Assembly: GCA_007120085.1 (NCBI GenBank)
Contig: SKOK01000108.1
Coordinates: forward strand, 1-42,069
DNA length: 42,069 bases
Direction: 5' to 3'
DNA from: Bacteroidales bacterium
Lineage (GTDB): Bacteria; Bacteroidota; Bacteroidia; Bacteroidales; UBA7960
The position numbers and the translations under genes are program-made. Shown here piece by piece: positions 28,822 through 40,970 of the stretch (positions are counted from its first letter, which is position 1; each line of letters starts with the position of its first letter). A model generated the notes under the pieces. That model saw nothing but the letters and a program-made list of their open reading frames with translations. It made no database searches and was not told the origin of the DNA.

Positions 28822-28911
28822 TTTGCTTATGTTTTTTATTGGATTGCAAAGATAATTTAAAAGGGTGAACTACGCCTTCATTATACCTGAAAAAACGCAA
28901 CTCGCAATGGC

Positions 28912-30606
<1,695 letters not shown>

Positions 30607-30666
30607 TCACAGGAAATAAAAACATAAAATAATGATGCGAAAGTAAGAAAAGATCAGCACATGTGC

Positions 30667-31293
30667 TTAATCCTTCTTAAGTTTAATGGATTCTTTTTCT
30701 TTCTCTTTTTCTGCCATTTCAGATGGTGCGATCAAATTCTCTCCGGTTTTTTCCTTGATGATCTTTTCTCGCTCTATGATGCTGTCGTCATCTTTGTTTA
30801 CTTTTTCCTTGATGATCACATCTCTTTTTTCTTCTGTTTCCTTAGGCCAGAAGCCACAGCCACCGGTTTTCTTGATCAAATAGTAGCCTGCTGAAAGTGC
30901 GAGAATGACGACAGCGATGCCAATGGTTTCCAGCCCTGAATATTTATCATAATCCATCACGATGATCTTGCGGGAAATGGCAATAATTGCAACCAGCATA
31001 ACCACTTCGACGTGAATGACGTGTTCACGGAAATAGACTTTTATGGTGTCGAGTAGTTCTATGCCTATCAGCACAAGCAGAAATACGCCAAAGACATTCA
31101 GCAGGTTGTCGAGGTTAATGATGAAATAGCCTTCGCCGGGTTCTGTAATGGCCTTGTAAAACACGTAGCCCAGTTCGATGGTAGCCACTACCAGCAAAAC
31201 TGACATCAGGGCGATGAGGGTTTTGATTATGTAGCGTTCAGTTGTTTGAACTGCCTTTTTGAGCTTTGGAGGGGTGTTGTCTTTGTATCCCAT
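30667..31293 (-). CDS. PsiE-family (phosphate-starvation-inducible E-like) membrane protein with charged C-terminal tail
   Basis: Four TM helices; FLLVLIGIELL and VAIIAISRKII motifs. Confidence 0.8.
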   Translation of the reverse strand: MGYKDNTPPKLKKAVQTTERYIIKTLIALMSVLLVVATIELGYVFYKAITEPGEGYFIINLDNLLNVFGVFLLVLIGIELLDTIKVYFREHVIHVEVVMLVAIIAISRKIIVMDYDKYSGLETIGIAVVILALSAGYYLIKKTGGCGFWPKETEEKRDVIIKEKVNKDDDSIIEREKIIKEKTGENLIAPSEMAEKEKEKESIKLKKD

Positions 31294-31326
31294 ATCGTCG
31301 AACTTTGAACTGTTTCGTATGGTCTG

Positions 31327-31980
31327 TTAACTTTGTTTTTTGAGCCTGGAGATATAATCCAGTGGTTTAACAGCATTAAAAACGGCACTACCGGCTACCA
31401 GGATGTTTGCACCTGCTTTCAGCAGTGCTGATGCATTGTGCTCATCAACACCGCCGTCCACCTCGATGAGCAATGCCGGATTCAATGCTTTGCGCATTTC
31501 ATCAAGCCTTTGTAAACGAGTGTATGTGGAAGCAATGAACTGTTGTCCTCCAAAGCCCGGATTTACAGACATCAGCAAGGCATGGTGTACGTCTGGCAGG
31601 ATGCCTTCAAGCAGCTCTACATTGTTATGCGGGTTAATGACAACCCCGGCCTTCATGCCAAGCTTTTTAATCCGGTTGATGGTGCTGTGCAGGTGGGTGC
31701 AGGTTTCATAATGAACACTCAGCCAGTCTGCGCCAGCATCCTTGAAACTCTCGAGGTAGCGATCGGGGTCATTGATCATCAGGTGCACGTCCAGCGGTTT
31801 CCGGGCGATTGACTTGATCTGTTTGATGATGGAAAAGCCAAATGAGATGTTAGGGACGAATTGACCATCCATCACATCAACATGAAAAAGATCTGCCTCA
31901 CTCTGGTTGACCATTTCAACCTCTTCTCCCAAACGAAGGAAGTCGGCAGCAAGCAATGATGGTGCTACAAGGTGCTGCAT
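31327..31980 (-). CDS. rpe: Ribulose-phosphate 3-epimerase
   Basis: HVDVMDGQFVPN, DVHLM, MSVNPGFGGQ and VDGG. Confidence 0.98.
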   Translation of the reverse strand: MQHLVAPSLLAADFLRLGEEVEMVNQSEADLFHVDVMDGQFVPNISFGFSIIKQIKSIARKPLDVHLMINDPDRYLESFKDAGADWLSVHYETCTHLHSTINRIKKLGMKAGVVINPHNNVELLEGILPDVHHALLMSVNPGFGGQQFIASTYTRLQRLDEMRKALNPALLIEVDGGVDEHNASALLKAGANILVAGSAVFNAVKPLDYISRLKKQS

Positions 31981-32016
31981 CGGTGTGTTACTTTAGAAAT
32001 TATAACTTTTTTTAGC

Positions 32017-32883
32017 TTACCCGAGATAGGTGCGCAATATTTTGCATTTTGAGGCCTGTTTCAGGTGGCGCAGCGCCCTTTCCTTGATCTGCCTGGCTCG
32101 CTCCCTGGTCAGGTGAAGCTTTTCGCCTATCTCTTCAAGACTATGCGGTGGCATGTCGTTGAGCCCAAAAAAAAGCCGGATCACATCAGCCTCTCTTTCG
32201 GGTAATGTGGATATGGTACGCTCTATTTCACTTTTCAACGAGTCGTATAGCAGGTTGTTTTCAGGGGTGTTGCTCTTTTCGTCAGTTTGCAGTATTTCAT
32301 ACATGTCTGATTCTTCTCCTTCGAGCAGGGGTGCATCCATTGACAAATGCCTTCCGGAATGTTTGAGCGCATCCTTTACTTCATCAACAGTGATGTCAAG
32401 CATTTCAGCTATCTCATCAGGATTTGGTTCGCGTTCATGTTTTTGTTCGAGCTGGCTGAATGCCTTGTTAACCTTGTTGATGGTGCCAATCTTGTTCAGT
32501 GGAAGTCTGACAATCCTGGCCTGCTCGGCAAGCGCCTGCAAGATGGATTGCCTGATCCACCAAACCGCATATGAAATGAATTTGAAGCCCCTGGTTTCGT
32601 CAAAACGCTGTGCCGCTTTGAGCAGGCCCATGTTGCCTTCATTGATAAGATCGGGGAGGCTGAGTCCCTGGTTTTGGTATTGTTTTGACACGGATACCAC
32701 AAAGCGCAGGTTGGCCTTGCAGAGTTTTTCAAGGGCTTGCTTGTCACCTTTTTTAATGAGTTTTGCTAACCTCACCTCCTCTTCGGCAGATATCAAACCC
32801 ACCCTCGCAATCTCCTGAAGGTACTTATCCAGTGATGCGGTATCCCTGTTTGTGACTTGTTTTACAATTTTAAGCTGTCTCAT
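32017..32883 (-). CDS. Second RpoD/SigA-family sigma70 factor (Flavobacterium-type, between pnp and rpe)
   Basis: Same region 2 ([21 protein letters not shown]) as the gene at 17807; region 4.2 reads TRERARQI. Confidence 0.93.
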   Translation of the reverse strand: MRQLKIVKQVTNRDTASLDKYLQEIARVGLISAEEEVRLAKLIKKGDKQALEKLCKANLRFVVSVSKQYQNQGLSLPDLINEGNMGLLKAAQRFDETRGFKFISYAVWWIRQSILQALAEQARIVRLPLNKIGTINKVNKAFSQLEQKHEREPNPDEIAEMLDITVDEVKDALKHSGRHLSMDAPLLEGEESDMYEILQTDEKSNTPENNLLYDSLKSEIERTISTLPEREADVIRLFFGLNDMPPHSLEEIGEKLHLTRERARQIKERALRHLKQASKCKILRTYLG

Positions 32884-32896
32884 GGAAATACCTTTC

Positions 32897-32945
32897 TTGG
32901 ATAATTATCCAATAATAGTACGCATTTTTGATCAATGAGGTTGCA
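32897..32945 (-). promoter_or_regulatory. Perfect palindrome TTGGATAATTATCCAA (32897-32912) and ECF-like promoter TGCAAC-N17-CGTA
   Basis: Both read directly in the 129-nt spacer between pnp and the sigma gene; no TAnnTTTG seen there. Confidence 0.5.
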
Positions 32946-33012
32946 CCAAGCCGCATTTTTAACACAGATCCTGCATCTGACAATTGGTATTATGCCGAAT
33001 GCGGGACAACTG

Positions 33013-35151
33013 CTATTTGCGTTCGCGGGGCAGCAGGGCCTTGCGCGAAAGCTTCAGTTTGCCTGTTTTCTTGTCAACGTCAAGGAGCTTCACTTCTATC
33101 TCATCACCAACTTTATATCCGCTATCTTCAACTTTTTCAAGCCTGCGCCATTCAATTTCACTGATGTGCAGTAAGCCTTCCTTTCCGGGAATGATCTCAA
33201 CAAACATTCCGAAAGAAACGATGCTCTTGATCTTTCCTTGGTAAATTTCACCAATTTCAGGAACAGCAATGATGCTTTTGATGCGGTTTACGACGAAATC
33301 AATTGAAGATTTGTTTTCGGATACGATGTCAACCACTCCATATTCGCCAACCTCTTCAATTACGATGGTGCTGCCACTTTCTTTCTGAAGCTCTTGAATG
33401 ACTTTGCCTCCGGGTCCAATGACGGCACCGATGAATTCTTTCGGGATGGTCATCTTCACGATACGCGGAACGTGTGGTTTGTAATCGGCCCTGGGCTCAC
33501 TGATGGTCTTTTGCATCTCATTGAGAATATGCAGGCGACCTTCTTTGGCTTGCAAGAGTGCCTCTTCCAGTACTTCAAAGCTCAGGCCTTCAATCTTGAT
33601 GTCCATCTGACAGGCGGTTATGCCTTCCGTAGTGCCTGTTACTTTAAAATCCATGTCGCCGAGGTGGTCTTCATCACCAAGGATGTCTGAAAGCACGGCA
33701 TATTTACCTGATTCCGGATCTGCTATCAAGCCCATGGCAATGCCTGATACTGGTTTGGTGATCTTGACACCGGCGTCCATAAGTGCCAGTGTACCTGCAC
33801 ACACGGTGGCCATTGATGAGGACCCGTTTGATTCAAGGATGTCTGAAACTACGCGAATGGTGTAAGGGTTGTCGTTGCCATTGGGCAGGATGGGTTTAAT
33901 GGCACGCATGGCCAGGTTGCCGTGGCCAATTTCGCGACGACTGGTAAAGCGCATCATTTTGACTTCACCTGTACAGAAAGGTGGGAAGTTGTAATGCAGC
34001 AGGAATTTGCTCTTACCTTCAATCACGGCTCCATCAATGGTTTGTTCGTCAAGCTTGGTGCCAAGGGTGACGGTTGTCAGCGATTGTGTTTCACCACGTG
34101 TAAAAACAGCTGAGCCGTGTGCGGCTGGCAGGTAGTTCACTTCCGACCAGATGGGGCGAATTTCTTCCGGCTTGCGACCGTCAATGCGCTTGCGCTCATC
34201 CAAAACGAAGTTACGGATGGCCTTCTTCTGGATGTCGCTAAAGTATTCGCTGACGAGCCCGCCTTTTTCTTCCAGCTCCTCTTCTGTCATACTTTCAAGG
34301 AAGGCAGTTTTTATATCTTCGTAAGCCTGCTTTCGTTCTTGTTTGATCACAATGCACTGGCTTGTAATGTCATAAATCTTATCGTAAAGCTCCTTCTCCA
34401 TTCTTTCGCGGAGCTCTGCATCTTCTTCTATCGGAGGATATTCCCGCTTATTTTGTGCTTTTTCTACCTCTTTTGCAAGCTCGATCTGAGCCTCACACTG
34501 AATCTTAATGGCTTTGTGAGCATATGCAATGGCTTCAAGCATTTCCTGCTCCGATACCTCCTTCATTTCACCTTCAACCATCACGATGTTGTCAATGGTG
34601 CCAGCCACGATCATTTCAAGATCAGCTTTTTCGAGCTCGGCCATGCCCGGATTGACTGTAAACTCTCCGTCGATTCGTGCCACGCGCACTTCTGAAATGG
34701 GTCCGTTGAAAGGGATGTCAGATACGCCGATGGCCGCTGATGCTGCCAGGCCTGCCAGTGCATCGGGCAAGGTGTCTTTACCTGCTGAGATCAGCGATAT
34801 TAGTACCTGTGTTTCAGCCATGTAGTTGTCTGGAAACATGGGGCGCAAAGCCCTGTCAACCAGTCTTGAGATGAGTATTTCGTGCTCAGAGGGGCGTGCT
34901 TCCCGCTTGAAAAAGCCACCGGGGAAACGCCCTGCTGCAGCGTATTTTTCCTGGTAATCAACAGAAAGCGGCAAAAATGATTGCCCTTCCTTTACGTCTG
35001 TTCTTGCTACTACGGTTGCCAATAGCATGGTGTCGCCCATCCTGAGCACCACCGAACCATCAGCTTGTTTGGCTAGCTTGCCGGTTTCCAATGTAATCAC
35101 CTTGCCGTCGCCAAGGTCAATCGTCTTCTGAATTCCAATGTTTTTGTTCAT
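33013..35151 (-). CDS. pnp: Polyribonucleotide nucleotidyltransferase (PNPase)
   Basis: [39 protein letters not shown] and DMDFKV; KH and S1 domains. Confidence 0.98.
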   Translation of the reverse strand: MNKNIGIQKTIDLGDGKVITLETGKLAKQADGSVVLRMGDTMLLATVVARTDVKEGQSFLPLSVDYQEKYAAAGRFPGGFFKREARPSEHEILISRLVDRALRPMFPDNYMAETQVLISLISAGKDTLPDALAGLAASAAIGVSDIPFNGPISEVRVARIDGEFTVNPGMAELEKADLEMIVAGTIDNIVMVEGEMKEVSEQEMLEAIAYAHKAIKIQCEAQIELAKEVEKAQNKREYPPIEEDAELRERMEKELYDKIYDITSQCIVIKQERKQAYEDIKTAFLESMTEEELEEKGGLVSEYFSDIQKKAIRNFVLDERKRIDGRKPEEIRPIWSEVNYLPAAHGSAVFTRGETQSLTTVTLGTKLDEQTIDGAVIEGKSKFLLHYNFPPFCTGEVKMMRFTSRREIGHGNLAMRAIKPILPNGNDNPYTIRVVSDILESNGSSSMATVCAGTLALMDAGVKITKPVSGIAMGLIADPESGKYAVLSDILGDEDHLGDMDFKVTGTTEGITACQMDIKIEGLSFEVLEEALLQAKEGRLHILNEMQKTISEPRADYKPHVPRIVKMTIPKEFIGAVIGPGGKVIQELQKESGSTIVIEEVGEYGVVDIVSENKSSIDFVVNRIKSIIAVPEIGEIYQGKIKSIVSFGMFVEIIPGKEGLLHISEIEWRRLEKVEDSGYKVGDEIEVKLLDVDKKTGKLKLSRKALLPRERK

Positions 35152-35196
35152 CTTCTTGTTTTTTTCTTAATATATATATCGATCTTAAATATGTTG

Positions 35197-35233
35197 AAAA
35201 AAAAACAGGCAACTATAAATAATTGCCTGTTTT
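35197..35233 (-). terminator. Terminator hairpin between rpsO and pnp
   Basis: AAAACAGGCAA / TTGCCTGTTTT inverted repeat followed by a long T-run on the minus strand. Confidence 0.75.
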
Positions 35234-35246
35234 CTCCAAAAATCAA

Positions 35247-35516
35247 TTACTTTCTTAAATTCAGCTTCTTGATAATCGCCCTGTAACGCTCAATATCGTT
35301 ATTTTTCAGGTAGTTGAGAAGCTTCCTTCTTTTTCCAACCAGCAGGATCAGTGAACGCTGGGTGTTTTTGTCTTTCTTATTCTTTTTCAGATGCCCTGTC
35401 AGGTGGCTGATTCTATGTGTAAAAAGCGCTACCTGGCTTTCCGGTGAACCGGTATCGGCTTCATTGCCACCGTGTTCAGCAAAAATATTCTTCTTTATCT
35501 CCGAAGTTAAATACAT
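35247..35516 (-). CDS. rpsO: 30S ribosomal protein S15
   Basis: DTGSPESQVALFT.RI.HLT.HL...KKD and LVGKRRKLLNYL. Confidence 0.98.
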   Translation of the reverse strand: MYLTSEIKKNIFAEHGGNEADTGSPESQVALFTHRISHLTGHLKKNKKDKNTQRSLILLVGKRRKLLNYLKNNDIERYRAIIKKLNLRK

Positions 35517-35573
35517 AAATGTAGATGATTTGTGTTTCTTTTTTTATTTGTTTTTCCTTTATAAACAGGCCTG

Positions 35574-35604
35574 CAAAAGTACAAAGATTTATTTATTTTA
35601 ACAA
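35574..35604 (-). promoter_or_regulatory. Primary-sigma promoter for rpsO-pnp (-7 TACTTTTG, -33 TTG)
   Basis: Perfect TAnnTTTG at 35574-35581 on the minus strand. Confidence 0.75.
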
Positions 35605-35657
35605 GCTTTTTTCTTAATTATCACAAATTAATGCAGGGATGTATCAGCAGGATACTT

Positions 35658-38105
35658 TTAGTTATGTCGCAAACGCTGAATTGACAGGTAGTCCAGGTAA
35701 TAAAGGAATCTTATTGAAAAGCTGTTGATCTGTGGTTGCCCAAGCATGTTGTCAAGGTTTTCGAAATAGTTTGCATAAATATTGCTGCTTCTGCTGTCAA
35801 TGATGTTCTTCCATGCAATGGTCATACGGCTGCCGGGAGCAAAATGCCAGGTGATCATCATATCGATGGTGAAGGCGTTATAGTTTATGTCGCTGATGTT
35901 AAGGTCATCTGAAACCGGCTTAAGCCTTCCGTCGGTTTGCAGGAAATAATAACTGCCGTTGTAATCAACCCGCGACCAATAGTGCCGCAGGTTAAAATTA
36001 AGGGAAAGCCTGTTGTTAAAAATGTAAGTTGTTTTGAATGTGTTGACGGTAGTTGGCGATTGCCGCCTGCCAAAATACACTGAGTCGGCATTCAGTTGCA
36101 TCACATATCCAATGTCGTTTGTTTTTTTGTTATACTCAAAACGATAGGCCATGTTGAATTTATCATTTACCCTTAAAGTTGGCTGCAGCATAAAACTGTA
36201 TTCATCCTGGGGCTGATCGGCATTGATCCGTTCGAAGCCCATGTTTCCGTCAAAGTATATTCTTTTGCGGTAATCTGATGACCAGCTAAGGTGGGTATTC
36301 CAGGCATCCTCCGTCCGGTAGAAACGGCCGGGGGCCCTGGGTTCAAAGTAGTCGCGCTCACCTCTCGGACTGTAAGTGTTGCGCCAGTTTATGAAGAATC
36401 TTGTATCAAACAACACCCTGAATGTATATTGCATTTGCAGGCCTGTGAAATTTTCAGGATCATAAAGCCTTGAATGATTGATGCTGAAGGAGTTTGTTAG
36501 AGTCCATATCCTCCAAAAAGGGTCAAAAATGTTGTGGCTTGCCGAAAAGGAATTGTTAACCTGGTTGTTTCGGCGCAGGAATCCCATATCATTCTGGTCG
36601 TAGTCGTTGCTGATCACATTGCGGCTGTAGTTGTATTGCCAGGTGCCGCCAAATTTCCCCATCCTGACATCATATTTATGGCCATAAACATTGTCACTGC
36701 CTGAAAGATACTGTTGGCTTACTGCCCCTGAGCCGCTTATGCGAAACATATTGCTCTGGTCCATGATCCTGAACTCAGTGCCGGTCACATTGGATGTATA
36801 ATCTTTTTCGGCACCGGCTACATTGGTGTTGATCAGGCTGATAAATGAGTTGTTTTTCAGGCTTTGGTCAACCACGACCAGGTTGTAATTTGTGAAATTC
36901 TGTGTGCTTACTGACCGTTTTTGTCCTGTGATGGTGTCTTTAAGGATGGCTTCTGATGGGGCCGTCATGGCGTTGAATATGCCTATGCCGAGTCCGCCCG
37001 AAGTGCGGCCCGATAATTTTGAAGCATTGATGAGGCGCGTTTCAAGAGGGTTTTCCAGCAATACCTCATTGGTGTCAAGCTGCTGTGCCGCCCGACGATA
37101 ATTCCTGGGTTGTGCCCCGATTCTGCGCGAATAAAACAGGTCTGCTTTCTCAAAAAGCTCCGTACCTTCAGTAAAGAACTGCCTGTTTTCATCATATTTG
37201 ACCTCAAAAGGGGAGAGGTTAAGTACCTTGGCATCCGACTGCACTTGTCCGAAGTCAGGAATCAGGGTAACATCCATTGTAAAGCTTGGGCTGATGCCTA
37301 GCTTCAGGTCCATGCCACCGTTGAAGGAGTTTGCCCAACCCTGATCAGCACCGTTTTTTTCCATATAATTGGAAATGTAAGGATACAGGGCGATTCGCGG
37401 AGGTGGTTTCACACCGCTGATGCCGTTCATTTGCCCCATGGAAGCCACGGGATCTCCTATTCTGCGATCCACAAAGTTCCAGCTTGATAATTCTCGCTTG
37501 CGCCTGATCTCACGCCAGAAGTTGATGCCCCAGGTTTGTATCTCCCCTTTTGGGAATCGCAGTGCGGAGTAGGGTATTTCCATTTCCACGATCCAGCCAT
37601 CATCCGTAATGCTGTGCTTGCTGACCCATACGGCATCCCAGTTGGTATCGCCGCGGGAGCCACCTCCCGACATGTTGCTGTCGGTTTGCACGCCGGATGC
37701 AGAGACCTGGAAGCGAAAACCATTGATGCCGTCGTTGAAAGGATTGATGTCAACATAGAAACGGTCTGCATTCAGGTTATCTCCAGAGTTGCGCAAACCC
37801 ATTTCTTGCAGGATGCTGTCGGGTGCAGGGTCAAACATCCTGGCTGCGATGTAAATGGCCCCGTCATTATACAGCACCCTGACTTCGGTGTCAAAACTTG
37901 CACGCCTGTCGTTGTGTGGCTCATATTGATGAAAGTCTGAAGCTGCATTTGCCTTTTGCCAAACAGCATCACGAAGCGTTCCGTCCATTTCGGGTGGAAG
38001 CGATGTTCTGACTGCCAATATCTCACGACGCTCCACAGATGCGCTAGATATCTGCCAGCCAGTTAAAAGAAAAAACAAGGGAAACAAAAATGCAGAAAAC
38101 CTCAT
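35658..38105 (-). CDS. CBM9-like N-terminal domain plus DUF5916-type outer-membrane protein
   Basis: Signal peptide; PEMDGTL.D..W, WIVEMEIPYSALRF and PDFGQV.SD...NL..FE....ENR.FF.EG; beta-rich C-half. The ATG at 38105 overlaps the upstream TGA (ATGA). Confidence 0.8.
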   Translation of the reverse strand: MRFSAFLFPLFFLLTGWQISSASVERREILAVRTSLPPEMDGTLRDAVWQKANAASDFHQYEPHNDRRASFDTEVRVLYNDGAIYIAARMFDPAPDSILQEMGLRNSGDNLNADRFYVDINPFNDGINGFRFQVSASGVQTDSNMSGGGSRGDTNWDAVWVSKHSITDDGWIVEMEIPYSALRFPKGEIQTWGINFWREIRRKRELSSWNFVDRRIGDPVASMGQMNGISGVKPPPRIALYPYISNYMEKNGADQGWANSFNGGMDLKLGISPSFTMDVTLIPDFGQVQSDAKVLNLSPFEVKYDENRQFFTEGTELFEKADLFYSRRIGAQPRNYRRAAQQLDTNEVLLENPLETRLINASKLSGRTSGGLGIGIFNAMTAPSEAILKDTITGQKRSVSTQNFTNYNLVVVDQSLKNNSFISLINTNVAGAEKDYTSNVTGTEFRIMDQSNMFRISGSGAVSQQYLSGSDNVYGHKYDVRMGKFGGTWQYNYSRNVISNDYDQNDMGFLRRNNQVNNSFSASHNIFDPFWRIWTLTNSFSINHSRLYDPENFTGLQMQYTFRVLFDTRFFINWRNTYSPRGERDYFEPRAPGRFYRTEDAWNTHLSWSSDYRKRIYFDGNMGFERINADQPQDEYSFMLQPTLRVNDKFNMAYRFEYNKKTNDIGYVMQLNADSVYFGRRQSPTTVNTFKTTYIFNNRLSLNFNLRHYWSRVDYNGSYYFLQTDGRLKPVSDDLNISDINYNAFTIDMMITWHFAPGSRMTIAWKNIIDSRSSNIYANYFENLDNMLGQPQINSFSIRFLYYLDYLSIQRLRHN

Positions 38106-40036
38106 ATCTTCCAGCCCAACAGATTCCAGAAATGGAGTTGCCAAATACTAATTATGAAGAGTAAGGTTGCGAAGCTGTAGAATAACCGGCTCGCAGCGCG
38201 GATATTGGGGGTTTTCCACACGACAAGGCTATTCCAGATCATCAATAATATAAAGGGAATCGCTGCCAAGGGAAAAAACAGTGCAATACGCATTGCCTTC
38301 GGTATCCCAAATACAATATCCGTGCCGCTGCTACTTGATACTATGATCAGCACTAAAAAGATCATAAAAAACAAAGCAGCAAAAAAGGCAGTAACCTTGG
38401 TGAAAGGAGGTAGTGGATGCGGTGTACGTGGGGTTTTGTCATACCTCCTTCTAATGAAATACATCCATGGCCAGGCCAGAAGAATAAACAAGCTTACGAC
38501 TATTGTGAGGGCGAGTAACAGCAGATGCAGTCCAGGTTCGTATATGGTTTTCATTCTGTCGAAAGCGAGTATTGGGAGGTTGCTGATGTACATTTTCTCA
38601 GCTTTTCCTTTGTCTGAAAGGTCAAAGGCTATAAAAATGTTGTCGGAAGCAATGTAAAAGCTTGTGCTATCGACCGGGGCCATTTTTTTCAGCTCTCCTT
38701 CAAAATCTTTTATGGCGAGAGATGTATTGTCAAGGCTTATTTCCAAGGTGTTCATAAAGCCGATCAATTTAAGCAGATCCGTGTGCGGGCGGCGGTTAGG
38801 AATGTATTTTCCCGTAAAACCTGCCAGGTATTCTTCGGTGAGATGCATCGGCTCGGGCTGTGTTTCCGGTGCAGGAAAAAACCGTTTGACAAACTGGGTG
38901 ATTACGTCAACATAAGTGCTTCCACCGCTCTCGCTGTTGAACGACATGAACACACCTGTTTCATATTCAGGGAAAAGGGCCAGCAGTGAGTGAAAAAGGA
39001 AGGTGTTGCCCCCATGACCAATGATCTGAACATGGGGCATGCTAATATCCATAAAACCGTGAAGAGCCGGATTCATAAACGGAGCATGCTGAAGTACAGG
39101 TTGTTTCATTATGGCATATGTTGCAGAGTCCATCAGGCTGATGGTGTCTTTTCTGGCATTGTTGAGCAAGGCATCCATAAATATGAGCATATCTTTCGCG
39201 GTGGTACTTGCGCCACCTGCACCTGCCATTGGAACGACCTCAAAGCCCTGGGCCTCAAAACGGCCGTTGCGGAATGCGTATCCATTCGACATATGCGTCT
39301 TCAGTTTGTCAGGAATGGGTTGCCTGAAAGTTGTAGAGCGCATACCCAGCGGCTCCAGGATGTTTTCTTCCACATACTCTTCAAAAGCTTTGCCAGAAAC
39401 GAGTTCGACAAGATATTGAGCCAGGCCGGTTCCGTGGTTGCTATATGCTGCCTCCTGCAAGGGCGGGAAAATCCTTTTGGGTATGTTATTTTGAAAAATT
39501 TGTTCCAGTGGAGGTATGGGGGCATCTTCGCGGATGAAAAGCTCCAGCAGGATGTCTTCAAAGCCGGGTGTGTGCGATAAGATGCTGCGTAACGTAATGG
39601 GTTCTTCGAAGGTATCCGGAATCGAGAAGGCGGAAACGTAAGCATTGATGTCGGTGTCCAGATCGAGTCTTCCTTGTTCAACTTGTTGCATGACAGCTAT
39701 CCAGGTGAAAAGCTTTGAAATGGAACCAATGCGAAAAATGCTTGTTTCGGGATCAACCTTAATTTTTCTTTCCACGTCTGCATAGCCATAGCCCTTGAGT
39801 AAAAGTGTTTCGCCCCTGTGCATGATGCCCAAGGTGGCACCGGCAATTTTTTGCTTGTCCATGTAGGCCAGGATGATGCCTTCCATGAAGGCTTCCAGTT
39901 CGCCAATATTTTCCAGGTTGTGGGCTTGCAGATCAGTGGTTTGCTGCTGGTTGGCATGGCCGGAAACGCCCGGCAGGCATGTGACCATGATCATGAATAA
40001 AAAAGCAGGCAGAAGTTTGCCATTTATATATCGCAT
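38102..40036 (-). CDS. Serine hydrolase (class C beta-lactamase/peptidase S12 fold) with C-terminal membrane anchor helices
   Basis: FRIGSISK (SxxK), LSHTPG, YSN and GHGG; four hydrophobic C-terminal segments. Confidence 0.88.
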   Translation of the reverse strand: MRYINGKLLPAFLFMIMVTCLPGVSGHANQQQTTDLQAHNLENIGELEAFMEGIILAYMDKQKIAGATLGIMHRGETLLLKGYGYADVERKIKVDPETSIFRIGSISKLFTWIAVMQQVEQGRLDLDTDINAYVSAFSIPDTFEEPITLRSILSHTPGFEDILLELFIREDAPIPPLEQIFQNNIPKRIFPPLQEAAYSNHGTGLAQYLVELVSGKAFEEYVEENILEPLGMRSTTFRQPIPDKLKTHMSNGYAFRNGRFEAQGFEVVPMAGAGGASTTAKDMLIFMDALLNNARKDTISLMDSATYAIMKQPVLQHAPFMNPALHGFMDISMPHVQIIGHGGNTFLFHSLLALFPEYETGVFMSFNSESGGSTYVDVITQFVKRFFPAPETQPEPMHLTEEYLAGFTGKYIPNRRPHTDLLKLIGFMNTLEISLDNTSLAIKDFEGELKKMAPVDSTSFYIASDNIFIAFDLSDKGKAEKMYISNLPILAFDRMKTIYEPGLHLLLLALTIVVSLFILLAWPWMYFIRRRYDKTPRTPHPLPPFTKVTAFFAALFFMIFLVLIIVSSSSGTDIVFGIPKAMRIALFFPLAAIPFILLMIWNSLVVWKTPNIRAASRLFYSFATLLFIISIWQLHFWNLLGWKI

Positions 40037-40225
40037 AGGATAATAATTTGTCGATTAGGACTGTAAAATTAGCAAAGCTTGTTGAAACAAGATTGTTCTA
40101 AAGTAAAAATAATCATTTTATTAACATATTTATAGAAATCCCATTCGAACTTATTCAAGCGGCGAAATATGTTTTTTCAAAAATTGGAAGAGAAAGGCCT
40201 GGAGGAGAAGCTGAAGTTGCAGATG

Positions 40226-40417
40226 TTAGAGTTCAACTTTGCCGTTGATCTTTTCGAGCATCAGGTAAATTTCATCTACGCAGCCTCCGCACATCGTGCC
40301 GGCGGTTGTTGCATCGCCAACGTCTTCAATGGTTTTGAGCTGTTGTTCGCGTATGGCTTTTTCTACCTCGCCATAGCTTATCTCGTTGCAGGTGCAAATG
40401 ATGGTGTCTGGGTTCAT
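40226..40417 (-). CDS. BFD-like [2Fe-2S]-binding protein
   Basis: ICTCNEIS...I...T.AGTMCGGC. The start is at 40417 or 40432. Confidence 0.88.
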   Translation of the reverse strand: MNPDTIICTCNEISYGEVEKAIREQQLKTIEDVGDATTAGTMCGGCVDEIYLMLEKINGKVEL

Positions 40418-40424
40418 AGGCTTA

Positions 40425-40501
40425 TGGTTCATTGTTACGGGTTTCTGGTTACGGGTTTCTGGTTTCTAATTTCTAATTTTTGGTTGATGGTTTCTGATCG
40501 A
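40425..40501. repeat. Degenerate heptamer tandem array (about 11 units, consensus TGGTTTC/TGGTTAC)
   Basis: The 7-nt period is readable unit by unit. Confidence 0.85.
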
Positions 40502-40531
40502 TGATGTTTTTCCTTTGAGGCGCGACTGTAT

Positions 40532-40898
40532 TGGCCGGGCTTGACCGGCCAGCAAAATAACCCAGGGTGTGCTGTAGGCGACGACACTGGGGTCGTCCGC
40601 AATCAAAAAGGCGGTGGCCACAATGCGGTAATGACATAATGTTCTTTATTCATTGTTTTTTTGCGCTCTTTGCGAGGAACAAAAAATTCCACGCAAAGGC
40701 CGCAAAAGTTTCTCACGCAAAGGTGTCATTAGTAGTCCCTCAGTATGAGCAAAATACAGCTCGAGATCAAATAACTTCAAAAACAAGTTACATAAGAGCG
40801 ATAGCGAAGAATCTCTCAGCCCAAACAAATCCTTCACTCCGCTATGCTCCATTCAGGATGACAATCTGCCGCGAACCTTCCAGCTTCCAGCTTCGGGC
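40532..40898. repeat. Cluster of distinct REP-like/palindromic elements in an intergenic region
   Basis: TGGCCGG-GCTTGA-CCGGCCA (40532-40551); GTAG plus hairpin (40574-40600); TTTGCG..TTTGCG / CGCAAAG..CGCAAA (about 40660-40722); AGCGAAGAATCT...ATCCTTC...TCAGGATGAC (40791-40862); TTCCAGC x2 + TTCGGGC (40878-40898). Confidence 0.65.
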
Positions 40899-40970
40899 TA
40901 ACAAGATTTCCGGGGTAAAAATACAAATTATTTATCGGCGGCTTTCACTGCCAGGGTCATTAAATACTTG

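Noticed and set aside
32153-32818. 221-aa plus-strand ORF opposite the second sigma gene
   Set aside because: Antisense shadow of a conserved gene; Ser-rich with no recognisable motif.
34117-34695. Long antisense ORFs within pnp (and those at 8243, 10513, 11017, 22919 and 38990)
   Set aside because: Fully or largely nested opposite well-supported genes; these are typical shadow frames.
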